Origin: a virus
IMG/VR virus record: IMGVR_UViG_3300009164_000064
Span: 1 to 64,000 of that record
Direction: 5' to 3' (one strand)
DNA: 64,000 nucleotides
Both the position numbers and the translations under genes were made by a program. The notes beneath the pieces were generated by a model. That model had not been told where the DNA came from. It saw only the letters and a list, made by a program, of their open reading frames with translations, and made no database searches. Of the stretch, positions 48,278 through 57,735 are shown piece by piece; the first letter of the stretch is position 1, and every line of letters begins with the position of its first letter.

Positions 48278-48793
48278 CTATACTGTATATAGAGATTCAA
48301 TCTCATCCATGACATTCAACAAAGCCTGAAAGCAGTCTCTAGCTTCTTGTGTGATATCATCACGAGTACGAAAAGTTTGGAGAACAGCAAGCGATTCTTT
48401 ACGATCATCCCATTCTAAATGAAGTGTGGGGAAGCCTTCTAGTCTTCTTCTCATGATTTCACCACCCATTAGATGAGCACCTGTGAGAACATAAGCAGCA
48501 CCAGCAATAGATTTTTCGGTTCTTAAAGATGCAACATAATCAGCAGCAGCTTTAAAAAGTTTAACTTCAGGTTCATGATCCATCGCCTGAAGGTCTTTAA
48601 AAATTCTGTGTGTACGAGAAATGCATTCAGGCATTTGGGGATCAATTGCAGAGTGAATTTGGTACAAGGCCATTAACCAAGCCTTGTACCAAATCCTATG
48701 TGGTTTACCTGTTGCCATAGCACCGCCTACAGCGTGTGCTTCACAAGCATGATGTAGGTCACGTGTTGATTCCCATAACGGTTTAGTTGTCAT
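48278..48793 (-). CDS. heme oxygenase-like protein
   Basis: L..STRDLH...E proximal-His helix and AYVLTGAHLMGG distal helix resembling YV.EGS.LGG. Confidence 0.72.
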   Translation of the reverse strand: MTTKPLWESTRDLHHACEAHAVGGAMATGKPHRIWYKAWLMALYQIHSAIDPQMPECISRTHRIFKDLQAMDHEPEVKLFKAAADYVASLRTEKSIAGAAYVLTGAHLMGGEIMRRRLEGFPTLHLEWDDRKESLAVLQTFRTRDDITQEARDCFQALLNVMDEIESLYTV

Positions 48794-48806
48794 TATATAA
48801 TCCTAT

Positions 48807-51800
48807 TTATTTTGATTTTAATTCTTCGATTTCAGCTTTTAGTTCCTTGATGGCTTCAATAAGCAGACCGACAATGTTACCATAGGCAACAGTCTTGATA
48901 CCCTTTGAATCTTCTTGAACAACTTCAGGAAGAACTGCTTCAATCTCTTGAGCGATAACACCAGTATAGCGTTTATCACTTTCAATGTCAGTTCTTTCAA
49001 AGGTAACACCACGAATTTGTGATACTTTGTCAAGAGCATTAGGAATGACTTCAATGTTTTTCTTGATTTTAATATCAGAATATGCAGTGATGTTGCCTGA
49101 TGCAGTAATTGCACCATAAACGTATAGACCACGAGAACCAGCCTGACCAATTTCTACTTGTGCACCGATAGCAGACTTAATGCTATATCCTGAGCCACCA
49201 TCATTTACACCAAAAATACCACTTCCGCTAAGATCAAAACTACTTTCAGCAGCAATACCAATATTGATACCACCATTCCATGTGATATTACTTGACCAAA
49301 CAGTTGAACTTGGAATTGTAGCCCATGTCTGATCACCTCTTAGGTAAGAGGTAGAATCAGCAGTACCAGTTGCTAGACGTGCAGTTGGTACAAGGCCAGC
49401 ATTTAGATTAGTAGCATTTGTATAATATGCACCATTCTGACTGTTAAGAAGAGCAGCATTTGCAGCATTATTTGGAGTGATAGTAGCAATATAAGCCGCA
49501 TTCACTGTAATAGTGTTAGCATTATTACTCAGACCAGTACTAAATGTGTATGATCCACCACTGCCACCACCACCAGTAATACTGATAGGCCATGTATTAC
49601 CATAATCAGTACCATCAATTGTTAGTCTTAATGATGATTGTCCGTTAACACTATTTGACCAACCGATCTTTACAGCATTTGTACCTTGACCAGTTCCTGT
49701 TCCTTGTTGAACAGGAGTATAACCTAGACGTGCTGGAATATCAGCATAATATGTTCCGGTTTGACTATTGAGTAAACCAACATTAAGCTGAGTTTCTTGC
49801 TTACCGTATGCAGAGGTTGCATTATTAGCAGTTGCTACAGAAAGTTGACTTTGCTGTATGCCATATGCATATGATGCATTGTTGGCAAGATCAGCATAAG
49901 AAACTACCAACTGGCTTTCCTGCTTACCATTTAAACGTAGAGCATTATTTGCAGTTGTAGCAAAACCAGCATTCGCAGAAGTTGTTGCTATAGTTGCTGA
50001 AGCAACCGCCAATTGACTTTCCTGCTTACCGTATGCATGTGTTGAGTTGTTAGAAGTTGCAATACTTCCAAGGACATTCTGTGCAGTTGTTGCAAACACT
50101 GCATTTGCAACAGACAGTTGGCTTTCTTGCTTACCGTATGCATATGTTGAGTTGTTAGCTAGGCTGATCGAACCAAGAACACTATTAGCTACCGTAGCAA
50201 ACACCGCATTGGCAACATATAGCTGGCTTTCCTGTTTGCCGTTTACATAGATAGAATTGTTTACACTTAGTTGCCCTTGCTGTTTACCATATGCATATGC
50301 TGCATTGTTGGCAGTTTCAATTAATCCAAGAACACTATTAGCTACTGTAGCAAATACAGCATTAGCAACATATAATTGGCTTTCCTGCTTACCATATGCA
50401 TAAGTTGCATTATTAGATGTGGCTACACTTAGTTGACTTTCTTGCTTACCATATGCATATGTTGCATTATTAGCTAGGCTGATCGAACCAAGAACACTAT
50501 TAGCTACTGTAGCAAATACGGCATTAGCAACTCTTAATTGAGATTCTTGTTTACCGTTTACGTAAACAGAATTGTTTACGCTTAATTGAGATTCTTGCTT
50601 ACCATATGCATATGTTGCATTATTAGCAGTTTCAATTGATCCAAGAACATTTTGAGCAGTTGTTGCAAAGACAGCATTAGCAACTCTTAATTGAGATTCT
50701 TGTTTACCATAAGCATATGTTGAGTTATTTGCAACAAGAGCACTGTTAGCATTAAGTTGACCTTCTATCTTGCTATTCAAATAAGTTGCATTATTAGCAA
50801 TTGCAATTAAACTTAGTGTTCTAATGAAATCATTATTAACGTATAGACCAGAAGCATTTGCAATAAGACCGTCTTTGGCATTAACTGCAACGTCATCAGT
50901 ATTAACAGAGATACCAGCACCAGAGCCTACAGCAAGTGTACCGCTGACAGTTATTGGAGAACCAACTAATCCATTGCCACTTGTGATGCTTGTTACAGTA
51001 CCACTATATTGATCCTGTGTTGCAAATACAATTTGTGATGTATTAGATGACACAACAGTTGTACCACGACCAACAAAAAGAACATCATTATTAGATAATG
51101 TTGAACTTGTAAGACGTAGGATACCAACATTTTGAACAGTATTAGAAACACCGATTAGCTTGTATATTGTTTTTGTGTCACCAGACCAATATACGTATGA
51201 TCCGTTTGTAGATAGAACTTGATCAGCAGTACCAAATGTACCATTAGCAAAAATTCCAGTAATCACCGCATTGGCAATTATTGCTTTTCCTACATTAGCA
51301 GTTGAAATTCTTAATACGCCAGTTGATGGTACGAATGAAAGCCCTCCATCAGCAACAGCAGCATTAGCCCATGATCCAGTTACGCTGTTAGACATTGGGA
51401 AATACCAAGTACTAGTACTAGTATTATTCTGTGTTAGTGGTAAAGCAATACCCGGTGGGTTTGAAGTCCAGTATATGCCAGTACTATTTGATGCGAGAAT
51501 TTGACCAAATGTACCAACAGAACCATTAGCAATTAAAACACCAATTTGTGATCTATTAACTGTTGTATTGGAGAAGAATGCGCTGTTTGCAACATCAGCA
51601 CCAATAACTAATGGAGAAGCCCATGTGCGTCCTGCAAGATATGTAGAGTTGTTTGCAATCAACGCAACATTAGCATAATTAGAATTATTAGCAATGTAGG
51701 CAAACTGTGAATTTGTTGCATAAACAGAAGCATTGACGCTTAACTGCGCTTCTTGCTTTCCATATGCATATGTTGCATTGTTTGAAGTGATCGTAGCAAT

Positions 51801-53294
51801 ATATGCAGTATTTACAAACGTCCCATCTCCATTAGCAGTAATTCCACTATTAGCATTCACTTGATAATGTGTATTATTTGATGATAAACCATAACCAGCA
51901 CGTGGAGCAACAGTTAAACTATTTTCCCAATAAATTCCAGCGCCGTTTGAAACTAGAACTTGACCAATACCGCCTACTGATCCATTAGCAAATAACTTAT
52001 TGATATAACTGTTACTGCTTACTATAATATCAGTAAACGCACCTTGATTGGCGGTTAGTGTCCCAGTTGATGGTGTGAATGATAGACGAGTATCAGAAAT
52101 GACAGCATTTGTCCAATCACCGCTTGCACTATTTGACATTGGAAGATAATACTTAATTGAAGAAGTATTATCTTTTGCAATTGGTAAAAATGGTGCATAC
52201 CAATAAGTACCACCAGCACCATTAGCAGCTAGGAACTGACGAGCAGTACCGCTTGAACCACCCGCAATAAGAGTATTAATTGTCAATTTATCAATAGTTG
52301 CTACGTTTGCAATCAATCTACCATCAATTGTAATTTCACCATTTGCATTAGCAGTAAGGAATGCAGTTGTTGTATTAATATTTTGAGAATTTGTTGAGAT
52401 GACAGTATTAGCTTTACCAATAACAAGTTGCTTAGTATTTTCTTCCCAATACAAAACTACATTGTAATCACTATTTGAAGGAGATGTGTAACGCTGAAAA
52501 ACAAATCCAATATCATTGAATGGAGTTGCTTGACCATCATTTAAAATAATAAAAGTATTGTTTGTTGTGGTGATTGAAGTATTGACAACAGTCATTGTGC
52601 CATTGACAGTAAGATTATTAAGTACTGTCACGTTTGTGAAAATACCATTGCTTGCAACAGAGGTACCAATGTTGGCAGGTGATGCCCATGTACGACCTAG
52701 AAGAAAGCTTGAGTTGTTTGCAGCACTTACAGAAAGTTGGCTCTCCTGCTTACCATAAGCATAGGTAGAATTATTTGAAAGAGCAGAGTTAGCAACCGAT
52801 AGTTGAGCTTCTTGTTTACCATAAGCATAGGTAGAGTTATTTGAAAGAGCAGAGTTAGCAACAGAAAGTTGGCTCTCCTGCTTACCATAAGCATAGGTAG
52901 AGTTATTTGCTGTTACAGAAAGTGATGCGGAAACTGAGTTTATGGCAAATGTAGCAGCATTAACAGAAAGCTGAGCTTCTTGTTTACCATAAGCATATGT
53001 TGAGTTATTTGCAGTATATGCAAAAGTTGCGTTGGTTGAGTATACTGAATTGTTAACAGAAAGTTGACTTTGCTGTTTTCCATTCATGAATAAAGTATTA
53101 TTTCCTGTAAAGGAAAAATCAACATTTGCTGACTGTATTAAACTCCAAACGCTTCCATTTGAAAAATATATTTGTTTGTCGGTGTGATATATAATCATAC
53201 CACCATAAAGTGATGGATTAAGCGTACCTTTGTCTATAGGATTTGCTTGCCCAATAAAATTATTTTTGCCTGAATTATATTTTAATCCACTCAC
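48807..53294 (-). CDS. long repeat-rich tail fibre with C-terminal intramolecular chaperone (peptidase S74-like)
   Basis: ~19 GKQESQL-type repeats; YSDIKIKKNI...GVIAQE...GLLIEAIKEL; GTG start with GGAG SD. Confidence 0.88.
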   Translation of the reverse strand: MSGLKYNSGKNNFIGQANPIDKGTLNPSLYGGMIIYHTDKQIYFSNGSVWSLIQSANVDFSFTGNNTLFMNGKQQSQLSVNNSVYSTNATFAYTANNSTYAYGKQEAQLSVNAATFAINSVSASLSVTANNSTYAYGKQESQLSVANSALSNNSTYAYGKQEAQLSVANSALSNNSTYAYGKQESQLSVSAANNSSFLLGRTWASPANIGTSVASNGIFTNVTVLNNLTVNGTMTVVNTSITTTNNTFIILNDGQATPFNDIGFVFQRYTSPSNSDYNVVLYWEENTKQLVIGKANTVISTNSQNINTTTAFLTANANGEITIDGRLIANVATIDKLTINTLIAGGSSGTARQFLAANGAGGTYWYAPFLPIAKDNTSSIKYYLPMSNSASGDWTNAVISDTRLSFTPSTGTLTANQGAFTDIIVSSNSYINKLFANGSVGGIGQVLVSNGAGIYWENSLTVAPRAGYGLSSNNTHYQVNANSGITANGDGTFVNTAYIATITSNNATYAYGKQEAQLSVNASVYATNSQFAYIANNSNYANVALIANNSTYLAGRTWASPLVIGADVANSAFFSNTTVNRSQIGVLIANGSVGTFGQILASNSTGIYWTSNPPGIALPLTQNNTSTSTWYFPMSNSVTGSWANAAVADGGLSFVPSTGVLRISTANVGKAIIANAVITGIFANGTFGTADQVLSTNGSYVYWSGDTKTIYKLIGVSNTVQNVGILRLTSSTLSNNDVLFVGRGTTVVSSNTSQIVFATQDQYSGTVTSITSGNGLVGSPITVSGTLAVGSGAGISVNTDDVAVNAKDGLIANASGLYVNNDFIRTLSLIAIANNATYLNSKIEGQLNANSALVANNSTYAYGKQESQLRVANAVFATTAQNVLGSIETANNATYAYGKQESQLSVNNSVYVNGKQESQLRVANAVFATVANSVLGSISLANNATYAYGKQESQLSVATSNNATYAYGKQESQLYVANAVFATVANSVLGLIETANNAAYAYGKQQGQLSVNNSIYVNGKQESQLYVANAVFATVANSVLGSISLANNSTYAYGKQESQLSVANAVFATTAQNVLGSIATSNNSTHAYGKQESQLAVASATIATTSANAGFATTANNALRLNGKQESQLVVSYADLANNASYAYGIQQSQLSVATANNATSAYGKQETQLNVGLLNSQTGTYYADIPARLGYTPVQQGTGTGQGTNAVKIGWSNSVNGQSSLRLTIDGTDYGNTWPISITGGGGSGGSYTFSTGLSNNANTITVNAAYIATITPNNAANAALLNSQNGAYYTNATNLNAGLVPTARLATGTADSTSYLRGDQTWATIPSSTVWSSNITWNGGINIGIAAESSFDLSGSGIFGVNDGGSGYSIKSAIGAQVEIGQAGSRGLYVYGAITASGNITAYSDIKIKKNIEVIPNALDKVSQIRGVTFERTDIESDKRYTGVIAQEIEAVLPEVVQEDSKGIKTVAYGNIVGLLIEAIKELKAEIEELKSK

Positions 53295-53297
53295 TTA

Positions 53298-53741
53298 TCA
53301 ATACTCCGGGTATGTTTCACGCTGATTAATAATATATGTAAAGTGCACGACAGCATGGTTTGCAGATGGGCTACCTGTGTTACTATCACAAGCAATTTGT
53401 AATTTTTCACCTGTCATCAGAATTTGTCTATCTAAAGAAATGTAAAGAAAGTCATTTGTTGGAACAGGAGCAGACTTTATAATATTATAGGTGTGACTAT
53501 CAGTACTAACAACTCTCGCAGAAACAGTGATATCAGCAGTATGCTGATTGGTTACTACAAGACCTGTCATGATGGCAGCAGTATTTACAAAGCTTTCAGG
53601 AATAGGACCATTGGCACGAATCTTCCAGCGAGGAACATCAAGGATAGTGAAGAAGCTGGAACCCTGTAGTTCCATGCGTGTAACTTCAAATAAATTTAGT
53701 GGTGGTTTCGCTGTTTCAATAACTGTATTACTTAAAGCCAA
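53298..53741 (-). CDS. hypothetical virion protein
   Basis: TTG start with AGGAGG SD; beta-rich, 147 aa. Confidence 0.72.
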   Translation of the reverse strand: MALSNTVIETAKPPLNLFEVTRMELQGSSFFTILDVPRWKIRANGPIPESFVNTAAIMTGLVVTNQHTADITVSARVVSTDSHTYNIIKSAPVPTNDFLYISLDRQILMTGEKLQIACDSNTGSPSANHAVVHFTYIINQRETYPEY

Positions 53742-53742
53742 T

Positions 53743-55731
53743 TTAGCCTCCTATTCCGACGATTAATGGAAGAACAATGTTTTGCACACCACGAGAGAAA
53801 GCTTGTCCTTCAATAACGCTTCTTTCGAAATCTACTCTGATATCTTCACCTAGATATGTATCACCTTGTTCTGTGGAGAATGTAGCAAACACAACACCAC
53901 CATCTGACTTGTATATAGCAGTCTTAGGATCAGGGGCTTGAGACGTACCACGTTGTGAATATGGAAGTGAATTGTAGTTAACACCAGAACCAGCATATGA
54001 GAACTGTTCGCCTGATGCTTCAATACGTGAACGGAATGTAGTGACATATGGAGTGACGTTTGCAACAACAGTTGAAATTAGTGAAAGTAATTCACCCACC
54101 ATAGTTGTAGAACCAGTTTCACCGCCAAAATATCCTGATGATCTTGCTACAATTTCTTGACGAAGTTGTTCCCAACAATCAATATAGATTTGTTTATATG
54201 CTGTATTAGCAATAAATTCTACTTGACCATTAACTGAATTTGATGAAAACAAACCATATGTAAAGTAAGTTGCGCCCTTATCTTGTCCGCTCTTTAGATC
54301 GTCTACTAATTCATTAATCAGTGTGCGTGTGTCACGGCTAGTAAGGTTTGCTAACGCAGAAGTATTTATATAAGTATTATAGTTATTAACTGTTGGATAC
54401 CTTGTTGTCATCAAATTAGATACGATACTATCGATATCGTTGTTGACATAATTAGCAAAGACAGGAGCAGTTTTTAAATTACTTGGATTTAAAACACCAT
54501 TAATTTTAACAGCATAACGGAAACTTGTAGCTGCAAAGGCATAGTCACCAAATGAACAGTTTGAGTTAGTAATTGTTACCTGACCACCAAGGTGGGTCCA
54601 TACACCAACTCTTGACCAGTTGGTAAATACAGAAACCAACTGTAGAATAGCATCATTAACAATAGCGTAACCAACACCATTAGGATTAATTGCTGTGAAA
54701 GAGTCAACAACGATTGATCTTAGTGGACTATCTGGATCAAGAACTGAAGCATCAGCATAGATGTTGCCTTGACCTACAGGCACAAAAGGATTGCCAGTAT
54801 TACGATCAATTGGTGCAGTCATTTGATTGTAAGTAAAATTATGAATTGATGAGCAGTCTGCTATGTACGGTGAGCGAGTGATAATCGCACCAGGATTAAA
54901 TGCAAACGCATAACCCTTCTTTGGTGGACCACTAACAGCATCAACATCCATCGTAGACCATATGGCCTTTTCATGCTTCATGCCGCTAAATGAGAAACCA
55001 CGAACCTTGATACCACTATTAACAAGGAACATATTGTTCTGTTCTTGACCAGCAGGTAATCTTAGTGTGGTTACACGAAGATCATACCCATATAGCGCAC
55101 AATTTTTTGGAATTACTGTATTTGGTTGAACTTCATATTCACCTGGGTGAACAACAACAATACACGATTCGCCAGTAGCGGCAGCAGCAGTCAGAGCAGC
55201 GCCAATGGTTGCCTTTGACTTATACAAGCTTGTGCCACTGTGAGTATCATTACCACCCATAGTAACGTAGAATGTGCGCTCAATTGATTTGTTAGGTGTG
55301 ATTTGTGATAGTAGTGCTTGAAGGATGCCAGTATTTGACCATGATCCTGTACCAGAACCACCAACCTTTAAATAAAAGTCATTTTTTAATACTGTAGGAT
55401 CGTTATATACTAAGGCAAGTGAATCAGCAGCATAATAGAGATTAGCATTTAAAACTGAGGTATTAGCAACAAACCAATCAACTTGTCCAAGACCAGCAGC
55501 AGAAAGCACATCAATAGCCGATTCAAGACCATTGACTTTTGGAATATCTATGTTACCGACAATAATCTTACCAAGCTTGTCAACAGCAAACTTACTGAAA
55601 CCTGCAATTTGCAAGTCAATAAGTCGTGAGTTAACAGCAGAGTTAATGTCCGATACATCCATTTTAATAGCGGTATACTGGAGACTGTTGTCATTCCATG
55701 TATCCGTCATACCATAAATTTTAGTTGACAC
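53743..55731 (-). CDS. virion protein with predicted beta-helix (pectin-lyase-like) domain
   Basis: FYVTMGGND..SG, TIGAAL, VHPGEY, LYGYDLR, RSPYI..CS, SFTAIN..G.G, NSNCSFG.Y motifs. Confidence 0.72.
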   Translation of the reverse strand: MSTKIYGMTDTWNDNSLQYTAIKMDVSDINSAVNSRLIDLQIAGFSKFAVDKLGKIIVGNIDIPKVNGLESAIDVLSAAGLGQVDWFVANTSVLNANLYYAADSLALVYNDPTVLKNDFYLKVGGSGTGSWSNTGILQALLSQITPNKSIERTFYVTMGGNDTHSGTSLYKSKATIGAALTAAAATGESCIVVVHPGEYEVQPNTVIPKNCALYGYDLRVTTLRLPAGQEQNNMFLVNSGIKVRGFSFSGMKHEKAIWSTMDVDAVSGPPKKGYAFAFNPGAIITRSPYIADCSSIHNFTYNQMTAPIDRNTGNPFVPVGQGNIYADASVLDPDSPLRSIVVDSFTAINPNGVGYAIVNDAILQLVSVFTNWSRVGVWTHLGGQVTITNSNCSFGDYAFAATSFRYAVKINGVLNPSNLKTAPVFANYVNNDIDSIVSNLMTTRYPTVNNYNTYINTSALANLTSRDTRTLINELVDDLKSGQDKGATYFTYGLFSSNSVNGQVEFIANTAYKQIYIDCWEQLRQEIVARSSGYFGGETGSTTMVGELLSLISTVVANVTPYVTTFRSRIEASGEQFSYAGSGVNYNSLPYSQRGTSQAPDPKTAIYKSDGGVVFATFSTEQGDTYLGEDIRVDFERSVIEGQAFSRGVQNIVLPLIVGIGG

Positions 55732-55761
55732 TCTTGCTTCCTCTTATCTTTATTCTTTATG

Positions 55762-55769
55762 TATTTATT
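55762..55769 (-). promoter_or_regulatory. late promoter variant (AATAAATA)
   Basis: NATAAATA in the intergenic region upstream of the 662-aa gene. Confidence 0.55.
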
Positions 55770-55778
55770 AAACCTAAA

Positions 55779-56147
55779 TCAAACATTTGGTGCTTTTGGC
55801 CAAACAACTTCATTTGGATCAGAAAAACTTGTTGTAATGTCTCGTAACGCTTGTCTATATTCAGCCCATGCTGTTTTGTTTCCCGGCCAATCTGGCATTT
55901 GAGTATAATCAGACTGTGAAAGCAACTTGTTTCTAGTTTTCCTAATCATTCCCCAAGAAGCTTGATGTTGTCTTGGTTTGAGAACTAATTCTCCATCTTC
56001 AAGAACTAGGATATTTCCTTCTTCATTCATACTAAAAAGAAAGTGTTTATATTCATCTTCTGTAATCTCAATTGCATCATCAGGAATTGGAACCCCTGCT
56101 TCACTATTATAAAATCCCTCACTACTCACACTAAAATAAATTGTCAT
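55779..56147 (-). CDS. tail fibre assembly chaperone
   Basis: YFS...GFY, PDDAIEIT, RNKLLSQSDYTQMPD, W.EYRQALRDI, WP..P. Confidence 0.88.
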   Translation of the reverse strand: MTIYFSVSSEGFYNSEAGVPIPDDAIEITEDEYKHFLFSMNEEGNILVLEDGELVLKPRQHQASWGMIRKTRNKLLSQSDYTQMPDWPGNKTAWAEYRQALRDITTSFSDPNEVVWPKAPNV

Positions 56148-56150
56148 AAA

Positions 56151-57548
56151 TTAAAAGCCCATTGCAATCCACCAAGCAGTTGTGTTTACGTTTTCTGTTG
56201 TCCAAGTTTGGAAGTATGAAGACCCTACTGTGATTACTGTGGTTGAGTTTTCTGAAGCACTATTATCACCAACTTTAACGCCACCAGAAACAGTCACAGC
56301 AACATTTATAGTAGAGAATACTTGAGGAAAATATACAATTCCATAACTATCTTGCTTTGATGGCATTGATCCCCATTGTAATAGCATTCCATTTGGTAGT
56401 TTTACCCAATTTCCAGTACTTCCTGTTGTACTACCAACACCCACACCAGTACCAGTAGTAAAATCAGATAGCTTTACGTATGAATCGCTTGGAATTAAAA
56501 TTTCTTTGGCATTAATTGTACCATTTGATCCAAGTGTGATAGCATTCGTACCAGACTTGTTGCCGCTATAAACCTTAACACCATTTGTGAAGCGATGTGA
56601 AGAGAAGCCATCATTTAGATCGACAATATCGCCATCACCAGAGATAATAATACCGCCACCAGAAGCATTTCCAGTTGATACAGTTAAGCTTCCTGATAGT
56701 GAGGCAGCAGTAGCAGAAAAACCACTAGTACCAGACCATGACCATAGACCAGTACTGTCTACTGTGGCTGTACCATATGTGGTTGAGCCAAGATAATCAG
56801 TTACTCTAAACTTTGCATTACCTCCATTGGCACCACGAAGATTCAAACCACCTATAGTTCCTGTTGCAGGAGTAAATGATTCAATATATCCAGCAGTACG
56901 GAATGCAGTGCCATTGAGAGAAAAGGTAGGATCACCAGTAATAGAATATGATGCTGCCGACAATGTGGTAAATGCACCAGTATTAGCAACAGAAGAGCCG
57001 ATACCAGCAGGAGCCGCCCATGTCTTTGATAAAAGCGTTGCAGAATTAGCAGAATTAAGTGTAGAAATGTATGTTGGATCAACAGAGACACCAGCAGCAC
57101 CAACTGTAATACCTGTGCTTGCTCTCACTGAGAGATTACCATTCATTGTTACATCGCCAATTATACCATCACCACCCTGTACTCTCGTAACAGTACCAAG
57201 ACCAGCGTCAGTCCAATATAGACCAGTTGTACCAATAGCTAAAATTTGGCCAGTTGTTCCGATTTTATTATTGGCAATGATCTTGATAGATGGACCAAAG
57301 GTAAATGATGTTGTATTGGCATAGATACCATCACCAACTTGAAAAGAAGCTGATGAGTAAAATGTGTTTGTATTAAACCTGCCGTATAGAGTAGAGTTAC
57401 GATTATTAGTAGGCGAACCAGTAACACCACTAGTGCTATTAGCAGTGAGAACTTCACTAGAAAATGCTTCTAAAAGTTGATTGGTACGTGCAATCCACGA
57501 ACCAAATGTATCTACCTGAATGTCAACATTTGCGACTTGTCTAGCCAT
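56151..57548 (-). CDS. tail fibre protein with C-terminal KLPNG-type receptor-binding domain
   Basis: N-terminal DTFGSWIARTN; C-terminal WVKLPNGMLLQWG...FP..F...WIAMGF; next to a Tfa-type chaperone. Confidence 0.85.
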   Translation of the reverse strand: MARQVANVDIQVDTFGSWIARTNQLLEAFSSEVLTANSTSGVTGSPTNNRNSTLYGRFNTNTFYSSASFQVGDGIYANTTSFTFGPSIKIIANNKIGTTGQILAIGTTGLYWTDAGLGTVTRVQGGDGIIGDVTMNGNLSVRASTGITVGAAGVSVDPTYISTLNSANSATLLSKTWAAPAGIGSSVANTGAFTTLSAASYSITGDPTFSLNGTAFRTAGYIESFTPATGTIGGLNLRGANGGNAKFRVTDYLGSTTYGTATVDSTGLWSWSGTSGFSATAASLSGSLTVSTGNASGGGIIISGDGDIVDLNDGFSSHRFTNGVKVYSGNKSGTNAITLGSNGTINAKEILIPSDSYVKLSDFTTGTGVGVGSTTGSTGNWVKLPNGMLLQWGSMPSKQDSYGIVYFPQVFSTINVAVTVSGGVKVGDNSASENSTTVITVGSSYFQTWTTENVNTTAWWIAMGF

Positions 57549-57735
57549 AATTCTTCCCGTTTAATACTTGTTTAAGTAAATTTTTGACTTCAGTGAGTTC
57601 GCATTCTAACGAATACATTTTTTCTTGAAAGCTTTCCGCTTTCTTTTTTTCCTCACGTCTCGACAAAATCATTTTATAATAGTTATCATCTTTATTTATG
57701 ATAGCGCCAGTATTGTCATCTCTCATGAATGTCAT
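57541..57735 (-). CDS. small coiled-coil protein
   Basis: RDDNTGAIIN...ELTEVKNLLKQ; typically follows VrlC-like structural genes. Confidence 0.72.
   Translation of the reverse strand: MTFMRDDNTGAIINKDDNYYKMILSRREEKKKAESFQEKMYSLECELTEVKNLLKQVLNGKNYG

Noticed and set aside
48804-48811. Late promoter directly before the heme oxygenase gene
   Set aside because: AATAAATA overlaps the upstream stop and is so close to the ATG that the transcript would lose its SD; may be chance in AT-rich DNA
33572-53294. Diversity-generating retroelement (TR/VR pair) in the fibre genes
   Set aside because: No reverse transcriptase in the window; the repeat pairs examined are in-frame coding modules and their mismatches are not adenine-specific
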